From positions 448,001-512,000 of the forward strand of contig CAWFJP010000014.1 of assembly GCA_963816145.1 (NCBI GenBank): a DNA stretch of 64,000 nucleotides. Direction: 5' to 3'. Source of the DNA: an uncultured delta proteobacterium. Its GTDB lineage: Bacteria > Desulfobacterota > Binatia > UBA9968. The notes beneath the pieces were generated by a model, which had not been told where the DNA came from, did no database searches, and saw only the letters and a program-made list of their open reading frames with translations. The position numbers and the translations under genes were made by a program. This document shows positions 1-9,796 of the stretch, one piece after another. Within the stretch, counting starts at the first letter, position 1, and every line of letters starts with the position of its first letter.

Positions 1-149
1 GCGGTTGGAGCACGAGCAGCGCTGCCAAGGCATAGGTTGTGATTGCGATTGTGACCCTGGGCCATTCAAGCCGAGGCGATAATAATCAACGTTCTGGTTA
101 CATTCATGTGCGTTTCGCAGCCTGGCTTTTGCTGCTGGAGGAGAATGCA

Positions 150-1013
150 ATGGCGCTAGCCAAAGTAGCAGGGAGTTTGTTAGTGGCGATGTCGGTCTTG
201 GGCTGCTCGACTGCAGGGCTGAGGGTTGACGGGACGCTTGAAAAGATCAAATCGTCGAACACTTTTAACGTTGGCTACATCGCCTCGGTGCCGCCGTTTT
301 CATTCCCGGGGCCGGACCGGCAGCCTGTGGGCTATTCCATTGATTTGTGTAAGCACGTGGCGAACAGTATTCAGCGCCAGCTTGGGATCAAGCTCAAGCT
401 CAACTGGGTGCCAGTGACGGCGATAAACCGCATTGACCAGGTTGTTCAAGGCAATGTGGATCTGGAATGCAGTTCGACCACAGCCAGCCTGTCGCGCCAG
501 GAGAGAGTAGACTTCAGCCTGATGACATTTGTCGACGGCGGCGGCTTGCTGACAAAATCGGACAGACCGCTGCGCGCGCTATCGGATCTGGCGGACAAGC
601 GCATCGCGATCATTCCCGGGACGACCACCGAGACGGCGCTAACTCAGTTTCTCAAGGAGGAGTTCGTGCCGATTCAACTGCTTCACGTCAAGGACCATGT
701 GGAGGGTCGCGCTGCGGTTGAGCAAGGATTAGTCGAAGCTTTCGCGTCGGACCGGGGAATCTTGCTTGGGCTGATCGTGACCTCTGCCGAACCGTCGCGT
801 TTGGCCATTCCGAATTTCCAATTCTCTTATGAACCGTACGGATTCATGTTACGGCGCAACGACGCTGACTTCCGACTCGCGGTCAACCGGTCGCTGGCCG
901 AGCTTTATCGAACCGGCGGGGTAGGACAGGTTTACGAACGGTGGTTCGGGGCGCTCGGCAAGCCGAGCGCCGAACTCAAGGCGATGTATCTTCTTAACGG
1001 GCTACCTGAATAG
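150..1013 (+). CDS. Amino-acid ABC transporter substrate-binding lipoprotein (GltI/family 3-like)
   Basis: ATG150 after GGAGGAG; lipobox-like VLGC; family-3 motifs GYSIDLC, RQERVDFS, YEPYGFMLRRND. Confidence 0.9.
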   Translation: MALAKVAGSLLVAMSVLGCSTAGLRVDGTLEKIKSSNTFNVGYIASVPPFSFPGPDRQPVGYSIDLCKHVANSIQRQLGIKLKLNWVPVTAINRIDQVVQGNVDLECSSTTASLSRQERVDFSLMTFVDGGGLLTKSDRPLRALSDLADKRIAIIPGTTTETALTQFLKEEFVPIQLLHVKDHVEGRAAVEQGLVEAFASDRGILLGLIVTSAEPSRLAIPNFQFSYEPYGFMLRRNDADFRLAVNRSLAELYRTGGVGQVYERWFGALGKPSAELKAMYLLNGLPE

Positions 1014-1151
1014 ATTGGCAAACTATGAGTCGGCAGTCTGACGAAGAACCCGAAACAAATTTGACTTCAGCATGCCTTGCGCTAGAGAACGCCATTCTTC
1101 GGCCAAAACCGAATCGACGTTTGATATCATAGCGATGAAGAAACGGCCAGA

Positions 1152-1181
1152 TGTGAATTCGGTTCGTGTGAATTCGGTTCG
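1152..1181. repeat. Exact 15-bp tandem duplication (tgtgaattcggttcg x2)
   Basis: Read directly in the intergenic sequence. Confidence 0.85.
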
Positions 1182-1467
1182 TTTTGATGTTGCAAAGAGT
1201 GTCGCGCGAAAACAATCGTCAAAAGCGTTTTCGCGAGAGGCGACGACGGTTGAAGGCAGTTAACAAGATTGTCCAGCGGAGCAGTTAGACTTGACCACGA
1301 AACGAGAACCGGACGATATGCCCGGCAATGATTTTTAATTGGGTCGTTGCAGCGATCGCAGTTTTGACGGCAGAGCGTCCGCCTGCTCAAGAAAAGAAGG
1401 CTTGTCGCCTGCGGTTTGGCGAAAGTTCGGAGTCGGCAGGGCAGATGTCGTCCTGGTTCACCACCGA

Positions 1468-3129
1468 TTATTTTAACAACTCACGCACCAACGGCGCCAT
1501 GGAGAGCTGGTTCGGAACTGCGCCGGCGAATTTACCCATGACCGCGCGCATGCGTTCGCCGTTGCCGCCGGCCTGGGCAAGGATAAACGGGATGCGGCCA
1601 TCTTGTTCGCACGCGCTGCCGTGCCAGGTGTAGTGCGAAATCGCTGCGAAGTAATAACGTTGCTCGATGGGCAATTGAGTGCAAGCCTTCGCGAGCAGCA
1701 GAATATCGCCGGCGCGGTGGCCGTAGGGGCCGGCGGCGAGCCATTGCATGCGTCTTTCCAGATCGATCAGATCGGGGCGCGGGTTGCGCCTTAAGTACTC
1801 CCCAATCGGCACCAGCCGCTGTCCGTCGAACACTTGGAAGGGTCTGGCGTTTTGAGTCGTCGGCGCCGGTTCGCGGCTAAAGATCAAGTCGATGGTGCCT
1901 TTTAACTCCGGAACCAGCTCGCCGTTGCGATTGGCTTGGTAAAACGCGTTGAGCGCTGGCAAGACATCTTCCATGAAACGCGGGGGGCGCGGCCAGTCGC
2001 AAGGTTCATGCTCTTTCTCGCAGGTGGAACGGTCGGCCAAGTACACGTAGGCCATGAAACCTTGGTACGCGAAGACGGCTTGATAATCGGCGTCGAGGTT
2101 GGCCAGGCTGAGCAAAGGCTTGCGTACCCGGAAGCCGCTTTTTTTGAGCACGGCAAAGGGCGATTTCTCATCGTCGGTGTTGAGCTCATAGTGGTCATCA
2201 TTCAGCGTTGGAATTTGACCATGGTCGGCAACGACAATCACATAAGTGCCGTTCAAGGCATTTTTCTTTTCGTATGCGTCCAGCACTTCGCCGACGCGCT
2301 TGTCGGTGACGAACTGAAGATAGCGAACCTGGCGAGCCAGCGGGTCCTCCGAGACATGGGTGAAGATGTCCACGCCGGGATAATAGACAACCTGGAGGTC
2401 GGGCACGCCGTGGGTGTCGATCGCTTCGATGAGCTTTTGCGTAGCGCTCAAATCGAGCGCGGCGGCGATAGATTTCTCGGCGTCGATCCCTTTGAGGGTT
2501 CCCTTGATCAGATAGGAAAGGAAATCGGTAAGCGAAGCCGGCGCTACAGTTGTGTAAAGCGTCGCGCCGCGGTGCACCGAAAGAAGTGAAACATGCGTTT
2601 TCTTCTTGATCATCTCGTATAGTGTCGGAGTCTTGAGCGCTTTGCCGATGAGATCGTCGCTGACGACTTTGCTCACGTCCGCTGTATCGAGAACCGAGAT
2701 TGGAACTGGCGCGCGGAAGGTTGCGGTTTCGCGCTCAAACCATTCGTCTCCGGGGACACCGTTGGCGGCCGGAGGCGTTCCAGTGAAGAGGGCGGACCAA
2801 GCCGCGATGGTGCTCGATGGCAATATGCTCCACGCCCGGGACGCGGCATAGGCGTGGTCGAAGAGTCCTTGGCGTTTTTCTTTGCCGAGCAGACCGGCCA
2901 AGTTGGGCGCGTTGCCGGAACGAATCGCTTGCATCAATTGATCGGGAGTCGTGCCGTCGAGAGCGAAGATGATCAGACGTCGTCCAGAACTCGACGACTC
3001 CGGGTGGGCGGATTCGAGTTTTTTTTCACCCCCGGTCCAGATGGTGTCCCAGACCAGTGTGCATGACCATTGGAGCAAAATCAGGAATAACAGAAATCCG
3101 CTGGAGTGACGAAGAGGCTGCCGTTTCAT
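1468..3129 (-). CDS. Alkaline phosphatase superfamily, nucleotide pyrophosphatase/phosphodiesterase-like exported protein
   Basis: FALDG, PSST (Thr nucleophile position), DIFTH, ADHG, WHGS metal motifs; N-terminal hydrophobic segment ending near a Cys. Confidence 0.85.
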   Translation of the reverse strand: MKRQPLRHSSGFLLFLILLQWSCTLVWDTIWTGGEKKLESAHPESSSSGRRLIIFALDGTTPDQLMQAIRSGNAPNLAGLLGKEKRQGLFDHAYAASRAWSILPSSTIAAWSALFTGTPPAANGVPGDEWFERETATFRAPVPISVLDTADVSKVVSDDLIGKALKTPTLYEMIKKKTHVSLLSVHRGATLYTTVAPASLTDFLSYLIKGTLKGIDAEKSIAAALDLSATQKLIEAIDTHGVPDLQVVYYPGVDIFTHVSEDPLARQVRYLQFVTDKRVGEVLDAYEKKNALNGTYVIVVADHGQIPTLNDDHYELNTDDEKSPFAVLKKSGFRVRKPLLSLANLDADYQAVFAYQGFMAYVYLADRSTCEKEHEPCDWPRPPRFMEDVLPALNAFYQANRNGELVPELKGTIDLIFSREPAPTTQNARPFQVFDGQRLVPIGEYLRRNPRPDLIDLERRMQWLAAGPYGHRAGDILLLAKACTQLPIEQRYYFAAISHYTWHGSACEQDGRIPFILAQAGGNGERMRAVMGKFAGAVPNQLSMAPLVRELLK

Positions 3130-3372
3130 GGCGGTCGTTGGTGATGCGGCGCGAACCGCCGATGAGAAAAACTCGCAGACTTGCGGATCACTTGCAAGGG
3201 GAAGCTAGCTGAACGTTACGTGATGGGATTTCCCGGAGTTTTTTTGGAAATTAGCCTCGATGCATCGATCAATGTCAATCACTTGTGCTATATCAGAACC
3301 GCGCCGAGCTCTTTGTTGATGATCGCCAGGGCTTGGCGACGTGCCATTTATTCAGAAGAAAGGAAGACTAAT

Positions 3373-4371
3373 ATGAATGGTAGGATATTACTTTGTGTCT
3401 CTTTGCTTGCAGCTATTTGTTGGCCCTCGGCCCTGATTGCCCAGGAAAAAAAACTGGAGCGGCTCCGCGTCGGCGGCGGATCGGCGTCGGCGGCGCAAAT
3501 GTCGATCTGGTTCGCCAAGGAAGGCGGCTATTACGAAAAGAACGGGCTCAACGTCGAAGTGATCAGTATTCCGGGCAGTTCGTTGGCGATTCAAGCGATG
3601 CTGTCGGGGGAATTGCCGATTATTCAAGCCGGCGGCGCGGGGCCGATTCAAGCCGCTTTGTCCGGGACCGATACCGTGATCCTGGCGACCATCGTGAAAA
3701 AATTTAACTGGTGGATTTACGGCCAAACGAATATCGCGCGTATGGAAGACTTGAAAGGAAAAGTCTTCGGCGTGACGCGCTTCGGCACCCAATCGGATCT
3801 CGCCTCGCGCATCGCTCTGCGCAAGGCGGGGCTTGAACCAGACCGCGATGTCACCATCGTGCAGACCGGCGGGCCGTCGGAAACCGTCACTGCCATGGCC
3901 GCCGGCCGGGTCAACGCGGCGGCGATCAGTCCACCGGCGACCCTGCAAGCCAAGCGATTGAAGCTCAGAGATCTCATGGATCTGACCGGCCTCGACGTCG
4001 AGTATCATGTCAACGGCGTGGTGACGACGCGGCGCTATTTAAAGGCCAATGAAGACATTGCGCGGCGCTTTTTGCGCGCTTATATCGAAGGCGCCGTGCG
4101 CGGTATGAAAGACAAAGCCTTCGCGATCAAAACCATGGGGAAATATTTTCGCACCGACGACAAGGAGGTGCTCGACGAAACCTACGAGCTCAGCATCAAG
4201 AATGGATTCGCCGTGCCGCCGTACCCGGCGGGCATTCCCGGTCTGTTGCAGGATTTGGAAAGAACGATGCCTAAAGCCAAAACCGCCAAGCCCGAAGAGT
4301 TCATCGATAACCGCTTGGTGCGCGAGCTGGATCAGAGCGGTTTTGTGAAGTCGGTCTTGGCCGGTAAGTGA
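3373..4371 (+). CDS. SsuA/NMT1/TauA-family ABC substrate-binding protein
   Basis: Signal peptide; AKEGGYYEKNGLNVE, DLKGKVFGV, GLEPDRDV; ATG3373 after AGGAAG. Confidence 0.9.
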   Translation: MNGRILLCVSLLAAICWPSALIAQEKKLERLRVGGGSASAAQMSIWFAKEGGYYEKNGLNVEVISIPGSSLAIQAMLSGELPIIQAGGAGPIQAALSGTDTVILATIVKKFNWWIYGQTNIARMEDLKGKVFGVTRFGTQSDLASRIALRKAGLEPDRDVTIVQTGGPSETVTAMAAGRVNAAAISPPATLQAKRLKLRDLMDLTGLDVEYHVNGVVTTRRYLKANEDIARRFLRAYIEGAVRGMKDKAFAIKTMGKYFRTDDKEVLDETYELSIKNGFAVPPYPAGIPGLLQDLERTMPKAKTAKPEEFIDNRLVRELDQSGFVKSVLAGK

Positions 4372-4390
4372 GGTGAGGATTGGGGAATCC

Positions 4391-4537
4391 TCCCGCGAAG
4401 GCGCAAAGGCGCTAAGTGACAGGCCGGAGGCCTGTCATCCCGAGCGGAGTCGAGGGATCTTCGGATAGATTTCTCCCTTCGGTCGAAATGACATTCCCCC
4501 TCTTTTCCTTTGCGCCCTTTGCGTGCTTGGCGCGAGA
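4391..4537. repeat. Nested palindromic element: outer cgc(a/g)aag-periodic arms enclosing a tgtcat...atgaca REP-like pair
   Basis: Outer cccgcgaaggcgcaaaggcgctaag / ctttgcgccctttgcgtgcttggcgcgaga; inner tgtcatcccgagcggagtcgagggatct / agatttctcccttcggtcgaaatgaca; extra hairpin tgacaggcc-gga-ggcctgtca. Confidence 0.8.
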
Positions 4538-4612
4538 TATTCCGAATTCCGCTTGCGGTTGCGATAAATTATATCCCTCGTGACGAGATCGAAATTTCTT
4601 TAGGAGCTGCCA

Positions 4613-5506
4613 ATGGCGCAAACAAGTGAAGATACCTTTCGTGTGACGCTGCTCGGCACCGGAGCGCCGCCGCCGCGTTTGGATCGATTCGGGCCGAGTA
4701 CATTGGTTGAAGTCGGCAAGCAAAAATTTATTTTCGATGCCGGCCGCGGCGCGATGCAGCGGTTGCATCAGTTGGCCATTCCGTTCAGCGCCATCAGCGC
4801 GATGTTTTTGACCCATCATCACTCGGATCATGTGGTTGGTTTTCCCGATCTCTGGCTCACCGGTTGGATCGGCCGTCCCTGGGGACAGCGAGCCCAGCCG
4901 TTGCCGGTTTATGGGCCGGCAGGGACGCGGCAGATGATGGAGCACCTGCCGCTGGCGTTCCATGTCGATATCCGCGTGCGCAGCCGCAGCTATCCGCCGG
5001 ACGGCGTCAAGTTGGACGCGCACGAGATTTGTCAAAGCGCGGTGTTCGATCACGACGGTATTAAGATCAGCGCGTTCGAGGTCGATCATGGCGGCGAGGA
5101 GTTGCCCGCCTATGGGTACCGGATCGATTACCAAGGGCGCTCGGCCGTGTTGTCGGGCGACACGACGTTCAACGAGAATCTTATTCAGCATTCTCAGGGC
5201 GCGGACCTGCTCGTACACGAGGTGACCGCGCTCGCCGGTGGTGCGGCGGAAGATCCAAAACAGTTAAAAAGAATCAGCGCCAACCACACGACGCCGGAGC
5301 AGGCCGGTGAAGTGTTTGCGCGCGTGCGGCCGAAGCTGGCGGTCTACAATCATCTCTTGCTGTTCGGCAGCGCAACGCCGGAAGATTTGTTGCCGGCAAC
5401 GCGCAAAAAGTATGACGGGCCGTTGGCCGTTGGCGAGGATCTCATGCAGATCGACATCGGCAGGGAGATTCTCAGCAGACCGTTCCGGCCCAAGATTACT
5501 TACTGA
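4613..5506 (+). CDS. MBL-fold metallo-hydrolase (RNase Z/AtsA-like)
   Basis: LLGTG, THHHSDH, SGDT, LLVHE, NHTT motifs; RBS AGGAG. Confidence 0.9.
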   Translation: MAQTSEDTFRVTLLGTGAPPPRLDRFGPSTLVEVGKQKFIFDAGRGAMQRLHQLAIPFSAISAMFLTHHHSDHVVGFPDLWLTGWIGRPWGQRAQPLPVYGPAGTRQMMEHLPLAFHVDIRVRSRSYPPDGVKLDAHEICQSAVFDHDGIKISAFEVDHGGEELPAYGYRIDYQGRSAVLSGDTTFNENLIQHSQGADLLVHEVTALAGGAAEDPKQLKRISANHTTPEQAGEVFARVRPKLAVYNHLLLFGSATPEDLLPATRKKYDGPLAVGEDLMQIDIGREILSRPFRPKITY

Positions 5507-5667
5507 GGATGGTTGCGTAGCCGGTTGTCCGGAGCAATGAGTTCGGAAAACCAGAGGCTGGACTACGCCGCATCAAGTGAGCGCCGCAGTGACGTCAAAG
5601 ATCGCCTGCCATCTGTTGACTCGTGGTGACTCCCTGGGATAACCCAATCGGAGGAAATATCGATCCG

Positions 5668-6660
5668 ATGAAAGCAATTGTCGCATGGCTCATTTCATGG
5701 GCCTGGTTTGTACTTGGGCCGATGGCTCTTGCTGCTACGCCCGAGCCGGTCACCATCGGCTACTCGACCTTCTCCGGCGCCTATTTGCCGCTTTGGCTTG
5801 CCGTCGAGGAACGTATAGGCAGAAAGTATGGTCTTGACCTCAAAGCGATCTATGCCGGTAGAATCCGGCCGCAACAGCTCCTGGCGAGCAACGAGGTGCC
5901 GTTCGTCATGGCCACCGGAACGGGGGCCATCACGTCGCATATTCTCGGCGTCAAGGACCAGGCGATTATTTTTGTCTCGATCAACAAGGTCAATTCGGCG
6001 ATCTTCAGTCGACCGGAGATCAAAACCGCCGAGGAACTGCGCGGCAAAACCGTTGCGACCGGCCGCCCCGGGGCGTTCGGCGATACCATGGTTCGGTACG
6101 TATTGCGGGCCAAGCTCGGTCTCGTCCCGGACCGCGATGTCAAGATGCTGCCCATCGGCGAAGCGCAGTTGACGTTCCCGGCGCTGGAGCGCGGCGTCGT
6201 CCAGGCCGCGTCGCTGACGATCCCTTTCACATTGATCGCGAAGAAAATGGGCTATCGAGAGTTGATCGATTACGACAAAGCGGGTGTCGTCTATCCGTAC
6301 AATACCATCACGACGCTGCGACAAACGCTGAACAAATCTCCCGATCTAACCGAGAAGGTGTTGAAGACCATGATCGAGGGAACTTATATCGCCAAGACTG
6401 ACCGGGAAAAAAGTCTTGCGGTCATGAAGAAGTACATGCGAGGAACCAGCGACGAAATCCTGGAAGAGACCTACCAATACGCCAAGAGCGTGACCGAAGA
6501 GAACCCGACTCCGTCGCTGGAAATCACCAAGGCTGCGCTGGAGATTTTGTCCTATGAGTATCCGAAAGCGAAAGACACCGATCCGAACCTGATCATCGAT
6601 GCGTCGATTATGAAACGCATCGAGCAGAGCGGCTTTATTAAAGCGCTGTATAAAAAATGA
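5668..6660 (+). CDS. SsuA/NMT1-family ABC substrate-binding protein (tandem paralog 1)
   Basis: Signal peptide; ELRGKTVATG, LVPDRDV; closely similar to the next gene. Confidence 0.9.
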   Translation: MKAIVAWLISWAWFVLGPMALAATPEPVTIGYSTFSGAYLPLWLAVEERIGRKYGLDLKAIYAGRIRPQQLLASNEVPFVMATGTGAITSHILGVKDQAIIFVSINKVNSAIFSRPEIKTAEELRGKTVATGRPGAFGDTMVRYVLRAKLGLVPDRDVKMLPIGEAQLTFPALERGVVQAASLTIPFTLIAKKMGYRELIDYDKAGVVYPYNTITTLRQTLNKSPDLTEKVLKTMIEGTYIAKTDREKSLAVMKKYMRGTSDEILEETYQYAKSVTEENPTPSLEITKAALEILSYEYPKAKDTDPNLIIDASIMKRIEQSGFIKALYKK

Positions 6661-6709
6661 GGATGGGATCGACGATGGCTGGACCACGGCGAACAAGGCG
6701 GTGTTATAC

Positions 6710-7732
6710 ATGACGGTCAGACCAAGGATTAGATTGCTCCGCTTCGCGATAGCTATTGGACTGTCGCCGGTGTGGCTGGCGTTGAACTCGATGGCGTCGG
6801 CGGCGACCAAATTGGAACCTCTCACGGTCGCTTATTCCAATTTCACCGGCACCTACGCGCCGCTTTGGGTCGCGGTGGAAGAGAACCTCGGCGCCAAGTA
6901 TGGTTTGGAATTGAAGGCGATTTACGCCGGGAGGATTCGGCCGCAGCAGTTGCTTGCCACTGGTGAGGTGCCGATGGTGCTGGCCACCGCGACTGGAACC
7001 ATCACTTCGCATATTCTCGGCGTCAAGGATCACGTCTTGGTGGCCACGATCACCAACAAAGTCGGCACATCGATATTTGCCAAAGCGGACATCAAGAGCG
7101 TCGATGATCTCAAGGGCAAAACTATCGCCACCGGCCGGCCTGGGGCGTTCTTGGATGCGACGGTGCGTTATGTGTTGCGCAGCAAGTTCAACCTGGTGCC
7201 GGATCGCGATGTAAAACTTTTGCCCACAGGGGAGCCGTCTTTAGGGCTGCAAGCCTTGGAGCGCGGCGTCGTCGAAGCGGCGGCGATGTCGAGCCCGCAT
7301 ATGTTCATCGCGCGCAAAGAGGGTTTCAAGGAATTGGCCAGCTTCGACAAGTTAGGCGTTGAATATCCCTACACCAGCGTGGTGGTGCTGCGCCAGACGG
7401 TGGTGAAGAGCCCTGACCTGATCGAAAGATTTTTAAAAACCATCGTCGAGGGCATTCATATTTTCAAAACCAACAAGCCCAAGACCTTGGCGGCGTTCAA
7501 ACGGTACATGAAGGGCGCCGACGATGAAATTCTCGAAGAGACCTATCAACATACGCGCGCCACTTTGGAAGATGCGCCGCATCCAACGATTCGGTCTGTG
7601 AAAATCGCGTTGGAGATGCTGGCGGCGCAATATCCGCAAGCCAAGCAGACCGACCCCGGCCCGATTGTCGAACCACAGTTCATGAAGCGGATCGAAGACA
7701 GCGGTTTCATCCGGGCGCTGCAAAAAAAATAA
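6710..7732 (+). CDS. SsuA/NMT1-family ABC substrate-binding protein (tandem paralog 2)
   Basis: Shares LKAIYAGRIRPQQLLA, ITSHILGVKD and DEILEETYQ with the previous gene; start could also be GTG6701. Confidence 0.9.
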   Translation: MTVRPRIRLLRFAIAIGLSPVWLALNSMASAATKLEPLTVAYSNFTGTYAPLWVAVEENLGAKYGLELKAIYAGRIRPQQLLATGEVPMVLATATGTITSHILGVKDHVLVATITNKVGTSIFAKADIKSVDDLKGKTIATGRPGAFLDATVRYVLRSKFNLVPDRDVKLLPTGEPSLGLQALERGVVEAAAMSSPHMFIARKEGFKELASFDKLGVEYPYTSVVVLRQTVVKSPDLIERFLKTIVEGIHIFKTNKPKTLAAFKRYMKGADDEILEETYQHTRATLEDAPHPTIRSVKIALEMLAAQYPQAKQTDPGPIVEPQFMKRIEDSGFIRALQKK

Positions 7733-7738
7733 CCTGCT

Positions 7739-8617
7739 ATGGCTGACACCGACGAGATTCTCTATCACAAGCAGCGCCAAGGCGTGCTGATTACGCTCAA
7801 CCGGCCGGCGGCGATGAACGCGGCGACCCGGCCGATGTTGCACAGGCTCGGCGCAGCGCTTGATGACGCCGTCGACGATCCGGAGGTGCGCGCCATCGTG
7901 CTCACCGGCGCCGGCCGGGGCTTTTCCACCGGCATGGACCAGGGCGGCGGCGCGGCGCACCGGCGGGAAATGGTTTGGCCTTATGGCGTGCGGGCCGGCG
8001 AGAATGCCGCGGACTTCATCGACAACTATCGCGGCCATGAGCAAATCTTCATGCGCATCTTCGAATGCCCCAAGCCGGTCATCGGCGCGATCAACGGTTG
8101 GGCCATGGGCGTGGGCTCGTGGATGTCGTTATTCACCCATATCACGATCGCCTCGGAACATGCCGTGTTCGCCCAGCCGGAAGTGCGCCATGGCTCCAAC
8201 ACCGGTTTTATCTGGACCTTACTTGCTGGCTTCAAAGACGGTCTGCGCTACTCGCTCACCGGCGATCATATCGACGCGCAGGAAGCGCTGCGCATCGGCT
8301 TGGTCAATCAAGTCGTGCCGGCAGATCGCTTGCTCGATGAATGTTTTGCCATCGTCGAACGGATCGCCCTTGTGCCGCCGGAAACCGTCAAGCTCAATCT
8401 CCAACTGGCGACCATGGGCATGCAGATGATGGGCTTCAAAGATGCTTGGACGATCGACGGGCAATTGTCGGCGGCGGCGCATACGCTGCTCCGTGAAGAG
8501 CTGCGCCGTCCGCTCGACGAAAAAAGAAAAAGCGAAGGCACCAGGGCGTACTTGCAGATGCGTGACGGGCCGTTTCAACCGGAGCCGTTTGGGCCGCGCT
8601 CCCGTCGGCGCGAATAG
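7739..8617 (+). CDS. Enoyl-CoA hydratase/isomerase (crotonase) family protein
   Basis: TLNRP, LTGAGRGFSTGMD, PKPVIGAING, QPEVRHG, AQEALRIGLVN. Confidence 0.9.
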   Translation: MADTDEILYHKQRQGVLITLNRPAAMNAATRPMLHRLGAALDDAVDDPEVRAIVLTGAGRGFSTGMDQGGGAAHRREMVWPYGVRAGENAADFIDNYRGHEQIFMRIFECPKPVIGAINGWAMGVGSWMSLFTHITIASEHAVFAQPEVRHGSNTGFIWTLLAGFKDGLRYSLTGDHIDAQEALRIGLVNQVVPADRLLDECFAIVERIALVPPETVKLNLQLATMGMQMMGFKDAWTIDGQLSAAAHTLLREELRRPLDEKRKSEGTRAYLQMRDGPFQPEPFGPRSRRRE

Positions 8618-8627
8618 GCGCGCGGCG

Positions 8628-8728
8628 CGTTCCAGTGGTTCCAAATGTTCCAACGGTTCCAGCGCGGCGTGGTATAAAAACGAGTTCGAATCGATTGGAA
8701 CTTCTGGAACGTTTGGAACCTACGGAAC
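8628..8728. repeat. Inverted pair of 9-bp-periodic NGTTCCANN arrays
   Basis: cgttccagt ggttccaaa tgttccaac ggttccagc ... ttggaac ttctggaac gtttggaac ctacggaac. Confidence 0.85.
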
Positions 8729-8766
8729 CAAAATTGTCGCATTGATCGTAGAAAGATGTAATCCAC

Positions 8767-9636
8767 GTGGGTACGTTTGACACCATTTTATTCGAAAAGC
8801 AGCGGCGCGGCGTCTTGCTGACGCTCAACCGGCCAGCTTTGCGCAACGCGCTCAACCAGCAGATGAAAGACGAGCTGCGGGCGGCGTTGGAGTTGGCGCG
8901 CGACGATGAGGAGATTCGCGCCGTGGTCATTACCGGCGCCGGGGCGGCGTTTTCCAGCGGCGATGATATGAACGAGTCCATGGCAGGAGCTGGGGCCGGA
9001 CCGACTGAGTGGCCCTACGGTATTCCCGAGGGCAGCGCGCTGGTGGACGTCTACGATCGACTGCGCGAGCGCGCTAGGCAGGAAAAGATCGACGAGCAAC
9101 TCTATCGCTGGCAGTACCCCAAGCCGATCATCGCGGCGGTGCACGGTTGGTGTTTGGGCTCGGCGTCGTGGCTGGCATTGTCGTCTCATCTGACCATCGC
9201 CGCGGATGACGCGATCTTCGGCCAGCCCCAGGTGCGCCATAGCGACGCCACGGACTTTATTTGGACGGTTCTTGGTAAATTCAAAAACGCTTTGCGCTAC
9301 GGTCTCACCGGCGATAGTCTCGACGCCAAAGAGGCTTTGCGCCTGCGCCTGGTCAACAAAGTGGTGCCGAAAGAGCAGCTTCTCGAAGAATGCTTCCGGC
9401 TCGTTGAACGCATCGCTTTGGTGCCGCCAGACACGGTCAAGATCAATTTACAAAAGGCGACCGCGGGCTACGAAATGATGGGGTTGGGCAAGGCGTGGTC
9501 GCACAACGCAGAGTTGTCGGCGCTGGCGCAGTTGTCGCGCCGCGAGGAATTTTATTCGCCTTTGGAAGCCGCGCGTGAGCAGGGCGGCTGGAAGGGATTC
9601 TTTGAGCGGCGGGATGCACCGTTCAATAAGAAGTAG
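8767..9636 (+). CDS. Enoyl-CoA hydratase/isomerase family protein (paralog of 7739)
   Basis: GTG start; TLNRP, GAGAAFSSGDD, PKPIIAAVHG; shares ERIALVPP.TVK.NL with the upstream paralog. Confidence 0.9.
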   Translation: MGTFDTILFEKQRRGVLLTLNRPALRNALNQQMKDELRAALELARDDEEIRAVVITGAGAAFSSGDDMNESMAGAGAGPTEWPYGIPEGSALVDVYDRLRERARQEKIDEQLYRWQYPKPIIAAVHGWCLGSASWLALSSHLTIAADDAIFGQPQVRHSDATDFIWTVLGKFKNALRYGLTGDSLDAKEALRLRLVNKVVPKEQLLEECFRLVERIALVPPDTVKINLQKATAGYEMMGLGKAWSHNAELSALAQLSRREEFYSPLEAAREQGGWKGFFERRDAPFNKK

Positions 9637-9677
9637 GCGCGAAGCTTGAGGCGCGAGGCTTGAGTAGGAATAGGAAT

Positions 9678-9755
9678 CGTTCAACCCGTTCAAGTAGTTC
9701 CCTTCGGAATCTCAGGGTCTGAGTTTATCGAAGGCAAAACGTTCAAGTCGTTTCG
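9678..9755. repeat. cgttcaa-periodic repeat interrupted by a cttcg...cgaag hairpin
   Basis: cgttcaacccgttcaagtagttc [ccttcggaatctcagggtctgagtttatcgaagg] caaaacgttcaagtcgttt. Confidence 0.6.
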
Positions 9756-9796
9756 AATCGGGAAACGGATAGAGTGATGCGATACTGGAAGTTCAG

